The notes beneath the pieces are model-generated. The model searched no databases. It was not told the origin of the DNA and saw only the letters and a program-made list of their open reading frames with translations. Positions 63,801 to 64,000 of a stretch of DNA of 64,000 nucleotides are shown here, piece by piece (the stretch's first letter is position 1; the number at the start of each line of letters is the position of its first letter). The translations under genes and the position numbers were made by a program. Origin of the DNA: Catajapyx aquilonaris (lineage: Eukaryota); contig JYFJ02000135.1 in the NCBI GenBank assembly GCA_000934665.2, positions 1-64,000 of the forward strand. Reading direction: 5' to 3'.

Positions 63801-63998
63801 GTCGGAGCAGCTCTTCTTCTTCTTGGTGCTGAAGTCCAGCACGGCTTCTGACGCCTCGACCATCAGGTTGTGGGGTGGCGATGGTGTGGTGGTCACCAGC
63901 GGAGAGATGGCTTCTCTGGGCGATGGATGCAGGGGCAGGATGATGCCCCGTGGTGGCACCATCAGGGGGGCCGCGGCACCCATGAGTCCCACTGCTGC
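60846..63998 (-). CDS. tsh/tio: Teashirt/Tiptop family C2H2 zinc-finger transcription factor, large coding exon, 5'-partial
   Basis: 1048+ aa uninterrupted ORF. It has three Tsh-type zinc fingers (KCVWCKQSF..HMKEAKH, KCMWCGQSF..HMQQTQH, TCKVCDQAF..HMVKNSH), a C2HC-like CEKC..HIRQC and a C-terminal finger (KCAFCDTPFISKGAYRHHLSKMH). Also present: CtBP motif PLDLS (63705-63719), conserved blocks PRKLVRGQDVWLGKGAEQTRQILKC and SAWQTHWLNKG, and the C-terminus SKFLKYTELAKQLSSKYV. The track start at 63992 is GTG and the frame stays open to the window edge, so the true start or splice acceptor is upstream or at CAGCAG 63997-63992. Ends in TGA TGA. Confidence 0.97.
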   Translation of the reverse strand, partial: AAVGLMGAAAPLMVPPRGIILPLHPSPREAISPLVTTTPSPPHNLMVEASEAVLDFSTKKKKSCSDDGGALNLSKSSQNTSSPSPPATGAGDSPLDLSVPRKRIGGENHGPTAKKSARVEQGSASFKPGSPWGMQFPFFNPNSLSPKSSEIPLWNGKLKLDKSMMSPGHSPYAPAPTNTPSEASKALEKMTELSRLGGDAADIFRNALGAGGRPSAWQTHWLNKGAEQAKDVLKCVWCKQSFPSLAAMTAHMKEAKHCGVSVPNLTPPSSSPAASISSPSTPISSSSHQTQPPNSTPSMSIQAPSTSSKSSPDLNLLIKETMPLPRKLVRGQDVWLGKGAEQTRQILKCMWCGQSFRSLAEMTAHMQQTQHYTNIISQEQIISWRSADDKTNNQSHVSAVLTCKVCDQAFSSLKELSNHMVKNSHYKEHIMRSITESGGRRRQTREKRKKSLPVRKLLELERAQNELKNTDGKSGSKDNTGRITCEKCGDKIETPLFVDHIRQCLGNSQRNLLKSALMSPGADPAESPDSTVKKEPKSEHSDGRPTPPEAASGTTKESSSSKGTNSSHKSTGSGGGTGEGSSGDQEGSPSVLNAIEKLIEKSFDSRARQTFGGTPVGSSILKRLGIDESVDYTKPLVDPQTMNFLRCYQYQQRERSGSESSAMSDKVKGDASAASGSFRSGNGVGTESVTSPAGSTASAPPSSPKSPPQQRQKKDSKPPSEKSTPEMSSPPPPPSLRSTPQPKDNGTHPDPLQDDKSEPKESPPVSPAKESVDGDDKDKSEVEDGKVPDADDRKDAATPVTSPVATSPPASADRVTNGTPTPTKTGSEAPSPCPSTTSDRSDLSCASRSEKKRESPEPTPPAAAASSPGPPPKSSKGKSSSDSAASSLSALSSMFDNLSGAPAEGSSHPLAALQKLCDKTESHASRPGTSGTYASGNQGTPGAILAFSWACNDAVMTDSIMKCAFCDTPFISKGAYRHHLSKMHFVKDGAIPDALAIKNQNPGGKASSTSSSAASAGKSPQPPPPNFEESPHSKFLKYTELAKQLSSKYV

Positions 63999-64000
63999 AC

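Overview
Eukaryotic, almost certainly arthropod, genomic DNA. The last ~3.15 kb carries the large coding exon of a teashirt/tiptop (tsh/tio) zinc-finger gene on the minus strand, 5'-incomplete at the window edge, probably followed by a ~4.9 kb 3' UTR. The remaining ~55 kb is a gene-poor, regulatory-looking region 3' of tsh/tio. It holds one intact tRNA-Glu(CTC), a full-length tRNA-derived SINE with a 12-bp target-site duplication (TSD), a 38-bp retroposed stub with a 17-bp TSD, MITE-like remnants, microsatellites, and candidate Hth/Exd-Hox and CTCF/Pho-like motif clusters. The most notable observation is missed by the ORF track: a compact spliced minus-strand gene at ~39.0-39.8 kb. It has a TATA box, an Inr, a signal-peptide exon and an 84-nt phase-1 GT-AG intron. 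It encodes a 47-aa secreted peptide, MMKTLLLLVMAVLLLVDTANATVLGCNCDEISPSDGRCVYFCDNFYD, whose CxC...CVYFC core resembles endothelin/sarafotoxin and apamin/MCD-type peptides. All calls are by eye; no database search was run.
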